This document shows positions 48,559 through 52,817 of a stretch of 52,817 nt of DNA, piece after piece. Source of the DNA: Halieaceae bacterium. GTDB taxonomy: Bacteria; Pseudomonadota; Gammaproteobacteria; Pseudomonadales; Halieaceae. The notes below the pieces were generated by a model. It was not told where the DNA came from and searched no databases. It saw nothing but the letters and a program-made list of their open reading frames with translations. The stretch's first letter is position 1. Each line of letters opens with the position of its first letter. The translations under genes were made by a program, and so were the position numbers. The stretch covers positions 1 to 52,817 of the forward strand of contig JABIZW010000161.1 in the NCBI GenBank assembly GCA_018666295.1, read 5' to 3'.

Positions 48559-49568
48559 GCGCTGCGGCGTTCAATCATTTGTTCCGTGTGAGCCACTGCT
48601 GATCGGAAAAGTTCAGTATCAGCTCCCTCTCGATGCATTCCTTCGCTCAAAAGGCGTCTAAACACTTTGCCCCCGGGTTGACGTTGATAAAGCCCTAGAA
48701 CATGCCGGAGCACGTGATTGATGCGACCCCCCTGGGACAACGTTTCTTGAAGGTAGGGTAGCAAGGCGTTTGCAAGCTCAGACCGACTCATTGACGGCGC
48801 CTCGGCCCCGAAGAGCTGGTGGTCGACCTGACTCAAAAGCCAGGGATTTTGATAGGCTTCGCGCCCTAACATGACTCCGTCGACGTGATTTAGGTGCTCA
48901 ACACAGGCCTCGAGCGATGTAATACCCCCGTTAATGACGATGGTAAGATCGGGGAAGTCGCGTTTAAGTTGATAGACCCATTCGTACTTGAGTGGGGGGA
49001 CCTCTCGATTCTCCTTTGGCGACAAGCCCTGCAGCCAAGCGTTTCGCGAATGGGCGATAAACACTTGGCTGCCGCCTTGCGCGACGGTACCGACAAAGTC
49101 TCTGAGTATGTCGTAGCTGTTATCGTCATCGACGCCAAGGCGGTGCTTGACGGTTACTGGAACCGATACCGCGTCATTCATCGCGGCGACACACTCACGT
49201 ACTCGCAGCGGCTGACGCATTAAGCAGGCGCCGAATGTGCCGTTTTGAACCCGATCAGACGGACACCCGCAGTTAAGGTTGATCTCGTCATAACCGGCGT
49301 CTTCGCCCATTTTTGCAGCAACAGCAAGATCCTCGGGTGAGGAACCACCTAACTGGAGCGCGACGGGGTGTTCTTCGTCATTAAATCGCAGGTGTCGTTC
49401 ACGGTCGCCGTGTATGAGTGCGCCAGTCGTTACCATTTCAGTGTAGACACGCGTATGTCGCGTCATGAGTCGCCAAAAATAGCGGCAATGCCGGTCGGAC
49501 CAGTCCATACAAGGCGCGGTATTGAAGCGCCAAGGGCTGTAGATACTGTCGTTCACTGTATTGCTCAT
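48555..49568 (-). CDS. dusA: tRNA-dihydrouridine(20/20a) synthase DusA
   Basis: 'DWSDRHCRYF', 'YTEMVT', 'NLNCGCPSDRVQ', 'GLSPKENR', 'GVMLGREAYQNP'. Confidence 0.95.
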   Translation of the reverse strand: MSNTVNDSIYSPWRFNTAPCMDWSDRHCRYFWRLMTRHTRVYTEMVTTGALIHGDRERHLRFNDEEHPVALQLGGSSPEDLAVAAKMGEDAGYDEINLNCGCPSDRVQNGTFGACLMRQPLRVRECVAAMNDAVSVPVTVKHRLGVDDDNSYDILRDFVGTVAQGGSQVFIAHSRNAWLQGLSPKENREVPPLKYEWVYQLKRDFPDLTIVINGGITSLEACVEHLNHVDGVMLGREAYQNPWLLSQVDHQLFGAEAPSMSRSELANALLPYLQETLSQGGRINHVLRHVLGLYQRQPGGKVFRRLLSEGMHREGADTELFRSAVAHTEQMIERRSA

Positions 49569-49682
49569 GGGTGTATTGTCGCATAGGTTATGGCATGCCC
49601 AGAACCAAAGAGTCTGTGTCGTAGATAGAGTCCCTTTGTTAAAGAGAGCTTCTTTCTTAGAGTGAGGGTTGTGCGGGGTATG

Positions 49683-49725
49683 AGTCAGTCAGGACTAAGA
49701 CACGAGTCAGTCACAAGTCAGTCAC
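49683..49725 (+). promoter_or_regulatory. Pho-box-like 11-bp-periodic direct repeats upstream of phoD
   Basis: CAGTCAC-AAGT-CAGTCAC (49708-25) in 7-4-7 spacing, plus CAGTCAG 22 bp upstream (49686); resembles CTGTCAT-N4-CTGTCAY. Confidence 0.7.
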
Positions 49726-49780
49726 GAATGTTTAATGGAGGGCGGCGATACTCCCGCTCACGGTAATAAGGGGCCACAAG

Positions 49781-51424
49781 ATGATGATTAATCGCAGAAA
49801 GGTGCTTCAGGGTATTGGTGCCGGTGCGGGTGCTTTGAGCGTCAACCGTGTGCTGGCTGCAAGTGCGGGAAACCGTGGTTTTACTCATGGCGTTGCCTCT
49901 GGCGACCCTCTTTCGGATCGGGTGATCTTGTGGTCACGGTACGTCCCTGAAGGGAATGTGGCGCGCGCTGAAAATATCATCTGGCAAGTGGCTTACGATC
50001 GGGCGTTTGGCGATATTGCTGCCAGTGGTATGACGTCAACGCACCGTTATCGAGATTTCACAATTAAGGTTGATGTCACAGGCTTAAAGTCAGGGCAGCG
50101 TTACTTTTATCGATTTGTTATCGATGGACATCGATCTGAGACCGGCAGCACAAAGACGCTCCCTGTGGGAGCGGTTGATCGCTTTCGACTTGGGGTGGCG
50201 TCGTGCTCAAATTACCCGCAGGGCTATTTTCATGCCTATGACGACATGGCGAAAAGTGACCTTGATTTGGTATTGCACTTGGGTGACTACATTTATGAAT
50301 ACGCGCGCGGACGCTATGTGAACCCCATAGCAGAGGACACGTTGGGTCGGGTCGTCGAGCCCCAAAATGAGATTATTTCTCTTGATGACTATCGAGCGCG
50401 TTACGCGGTATATCGCTCAGACAAGGACCTTCAGGCCGCTCACGCGGCTCATCCTTGGATTTGCGTATGGGACGACCATGAATTAATGAACAACACCTGG
50501 CGAGGGGGTGCAGAAAACCACAATGAGGGAGAGGGCGACTTTGACGAGCGTATTGCAGCGGCGCGGACGGCCTATCACGAGTGGATGCCCATACGAACAG
50601 CCGCTCAAACCGATCAAGCAGCGATTTATCGCAGATTTCAAATCGGCCAACTCGCCGACCTAATTATGCTTGATACACGGTTACAGGGGCGCGACGAGCA
50701 GCTTGATTACCAGCGTGATATCGCTAAGGCGGGTGGTCCTGAGGCCTTTGTTAAGGATCTACTGATGAATCCGCAGCGCACTATTTTGGGTGCTGATCAA
50801 GAGAATTGGCTCGCGTCTCAGCTTGCGGATAGTCAGGATCGAGGCGCGATTTGGCAGATTATTGGCCAACAGGTGCTCATGGGAAAACTGATTACGCCGC
50901 TGATCCCCAAAGAAACGCTGGACGAGCTGGATCTGGCTGATCGGTACAGACCTCGTTTAGAACGGCTTGAGCAAATTGCGCGAGCGAAATTGCCATTAAA
51001 CCTCGACGCCTGGGACGGGTATCCCGTTTGTCGCGAGCGGATTCACGGTCTCTTCAAGCAATTTGCACCCAACCCGGTTGTGTTGGCGGGCGATACGCAC
51101 AATGCGTGGGCTTTCAATATGCAGAATCAGCAAGGGGACGAGGTGGGTGTAGAGATTGGCACACCCGGCGTCACGAGTCCGGGCATGGAAGCCTACCTTC
51201 CAGCGCCATCGCAGATGATGCAAGAGGCATTTAAAGCCAGCAGCACTGAACTGTTTGACCTTGATACGACACGCCGAGGTTGGACTGTGGTTGAGATGAC
51301 ACCGACAGAGGTGACCGCGAAATGGCGGTTTTTATCAACAATTTTGGAGAGTCAGTACCAGATTAATGAAAGCGAACCACTCTTGTGTAGAGCCGGTGAC
51401 AGGCGGTTTAGTGAGCGCGACTGA
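49781..51424 (+). CDS. phoD: PhoD-family alkaline phosphatase, Tat-exported
   Basis: Twin-arginine signal 'NRRKVL', 'HGVASGDP', 'HLGDYIYE', 'WDDHE', 'LDTR', 'DAWDGY', 'GDTH'. Confidence 0.94.
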   Translation: MMINRRKVLQGIGAGAGALSVNRVLAASAGNRGFTHGVASGDPLSDRVILWSRYVPEGNVARAENIIWQVAYDRAFGDIAASGMTSTHRYRDFTIKVDVTGLKSGQRYFYRFVIDGHRSETGSTKTLPVGAVDRFRLGVASCSNYPQGYFHAYDDMAKSDLDLVLHLGDYIYEYARGRYVNPIAEDTLGRVVEPQNEIISLDDYRARYAVYRSDKDLQAAHAAHPWICVWDDHELMNNTWRGGAENHNEGEGDFDERIAAARTAYHEWMPIRTAAQTDQAAIYRRFQIGQLADLIMLDTRLQGRDEQLDYQRDIAKAGGPEAFVKDLLMNPQRTILGADQENWLASQLADSQDRGAIWQIIGQQVLMGKLITPLIPKETLDELDLADRYRPRLERLEQIARAKLPLNLDAWDGYPVCRERIHGLFKQFAPNPVVLAGDTHNAWAFNMQNQQGDEVGVEIGTPGVTSPGMEAYLPAPSQMMQEAFKASSTELFDLDTTRRGWTVVEMTPTEVTAKWRFLSTILESQYQINESEPLLCRAGDRRFSERD

Positions 51425-51426
51425 GC

Positions 51427-51448
51427 GCCCTAATAATAGGGCACTTTT
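51427..51448. terminator. Hairpin between convergent phoD and the ABC ATPase gene
   Basis: GCCCTA-ATAA-TAGGGC then ACTTTT in the 22-bp gap. Confidence 0.55.
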
Positions 51449-52817
51449 AAGCTGCAGATTGTCCCGGTATTGCGGACAGTAACTGCCGTGTGTAATCGCT
51501 TTCTGGCGTGTTGAATACGCGAGCCGTGTCACCCACTTCTTCAAGCTTGCCTCGGTAGAGCACTGCAACTCGATCGGCAATTTGGCGAATGACGGCGAGG
51601 TCATGAGACACAAAGAGCATCGTTAAGCCGTACTCGTCTTTGAGGTCCTTAAGCAGGTCTAAAATTTGTGCCTGAATAGTCACATCGAGGGCTGATACTG
51701 GTTCGTCTGCGACGATGAATTCTGGCTTTGTTGCCAGCGCTCGACCAATGGCAATCCGCTGACGTTGCCCACCGGAAAATTCGTGAGGGTATTTTTTAGC
51801 AAAGCTCCTTGCCAACCCGACGTTGTCCATCAGCGCTTTGATGGCATTGTCCAGATGTGAACGCGTGACAATTTTGTGGAGCAGTAGTGGCTCAGCAAGT
51901 GTGTCGTAAACGGTCATACGCGGGTTGAGCGATGCGTAGGGATCTTGGAAGATCATTTGCATTCGTCGGCGCAGCGCTTTTAGGTTGTTTCGGTCCAGTC
52001 CACCCACATCAATACCGTCAAAACTGATTCGGCCGTCGGTAATGGGGGTTAGGCGCAGTAGCGATCGGCCAAACGTCGACTTTCCGCTACCGGATTCGCC
52101 GACCAGTCCGAGGACCTCACCTTGACGGATGGTGAGTGAGACATCGTCAACCGCTTTGACGGGCTCTTCGGCGTTGTTGCTGGTGAAATAGGTCTTAAGA
52201 TTAGTCGCGGTAATTAAGTTGGGGCGGTCTGCGTCTGATTTAGGCGTCTCGCCACTCGGAATGGCCGCTAACAGCTTTTGCGTGTACGGGTGCTGCGCTT
52301 GCGAGAAGATCGCCGAAGGCGTGCCTTGCTCGACAACATGGCCTTTTTCCATCACCACAATATGATCGGCAATATCGGACACTACAGCCAGATCGTGACT
52401 GATGAAAAGAACCCCAATGTCTCGTTTGTCCTGAAGCGCTTTTATCAGTCGCAAGATTTGAGCTTGAATGGTGACGTCTAGTGCAGTTGTCGGCTCATCG
52501 GCAATTAATAACTTGGGTTCAGCAATGAGGGCCATAGCTATCATGACCCGCTGCCGCATACCGCCGGAGAATTCGAAAGGGTACGCCTGCATCGCGACTT
52601 CGGGATTCTGAATACCCACTTCATCTAAAAGCGCAATCGCACGCTGTGTTGCGGCCTCCTTGTTGGCGACGCCGTGCACAATCAGCGGCTCGATGAGTTG
52701 TTCACCAATTCGCATGTAGGGGTTTAGACAGGTCATTGGGTCTTGGAAGATCATGGCAATATCGGAACCACGAATGCCTCGGAGCTCACGCTCAGAGAGA
52801 CTGAGAAGGTCACGGCC
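51447..52817 (-). CDS. Peptide/nickel (Opp/Dpp-type) ABC transporter ATP-binding protein with two fused NBDs (5'-partial)
   Basis: Two ABC cassettes: 'FSGGMRQR..DEPTTALD' and 'GESGSGKST..FSGGQRQR..DEPVSALD'; the first Walker A lies beyond the window. Confidence 0.93.
   Translation of the reverse strand, partial: GRDLLSLSERELRGIRGSDIAMIFQDPMTCLNPYMRIGEQLIEPLIVHGVANKEAATQRAIALLDEVGIQNPEVAMQAYPFEFSGGMRQRVMIAMALIAEPKLLIADEPTTALDVTIQAQILRLIKALQDKRDIGVLFISHDLAVVSDIADHIVVMEKGHVVEQGTPSAIFSQAQHPYTQKLLAAIPSGETPKSDADRPNLITATNLKTYFTSNNAEEPVKAVDDVSLTIRQGEVLGLVGESGSGKSTFGRSLLRLTPITDGRISFDGIDVGGLDRNNLKALRRRMQMIFQDPYASLNPRMTVYDTLAEPLLLHKIVTRSHLDNAIKALMDNVGLARSFAKKYPHEFSGGQRQRIAIGRALATKPEFIVADEPVSALDVTIQAQILDLLKDLKDEYGLTMLFVSHDLAVIRQIADRVAVLYRGKLEEVGDTARVFNTPESDYTRQLLSAIPGQSAA

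Noticed and set aside
48555-49780. dusA-associated genomic island
   Set aside because: dusA is intact with no adjacent integrase and no duplicated dusA fragment seen
174-52481. The many 60-180 aa ORFs antisense to or frame-shifted within long genes (e.g. 5633-6085, 5920-6378, 25594-26136, 44536-44994)
   Set aside because: They overlap confidently identified genes, show no recognisable motifs and look like shadow ORFs
1-52817. tRNA or rRNA genes
   Set aside because: No cloverleaf or rRNA-like segment seen in the intergenic gaps by eye; tRNAscan-SE and barrnap would confirm

Overview
A 52.8-kb chromosomal window from a compact gammaproteobacterial genome. Gene content suggests the marine OM60/NOR5 (Halieaceae-like) group, but that is inference. 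The first 26 kb is housekeeping: alkA-like glycosylase, tadA, mltF, purL, secDF, suhB, trmJ, iscRSUA-hscBA-fdx, ndk, rlmN, pilW, ispG, hisS, yfgM, bamB, der, aceA. The usual neighbours yajC/tgt/queA, cysE, iscX and rodZ are missing at their normal positions. The 26-35 kb stretch is more accessory: an HxlR regulator plus class II aldolase, a cobalamin-riboswitch-led btuB-cobO-unknown membrane protein operon, DUF501, a VOC protein, a ~500-bp structured intergenic region, a degenerate CHAD-like protein and a fatty acid desaturase. The best candidate for an undescribed system is a three-gene cassette at 34270-35342. It encodes an 87-aa precursor with BOTH a Sec signal peptide and an internal double-glycine-type leader (L-x3-EL-x2-V-x-GA) before a 32-aa hydrophobic/basic core, a 79-aa two-helix membrane protein, and a stand-alone signal-peptide-bearing C39 peptidase, with no ABC exporter. 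The rest holds an M16C peptidase, glutaminyl cyclase, mnmC, a MaoC dehydratase, fadD, hrpA, mlaA, dusA, Pho-box-preceded phoD and a partial peptide ABC ATPase. I saw no tRNA, rRNA, CRISPR array, integrase or transposase. All family calls are by-eye motif recognition; no searches were run.
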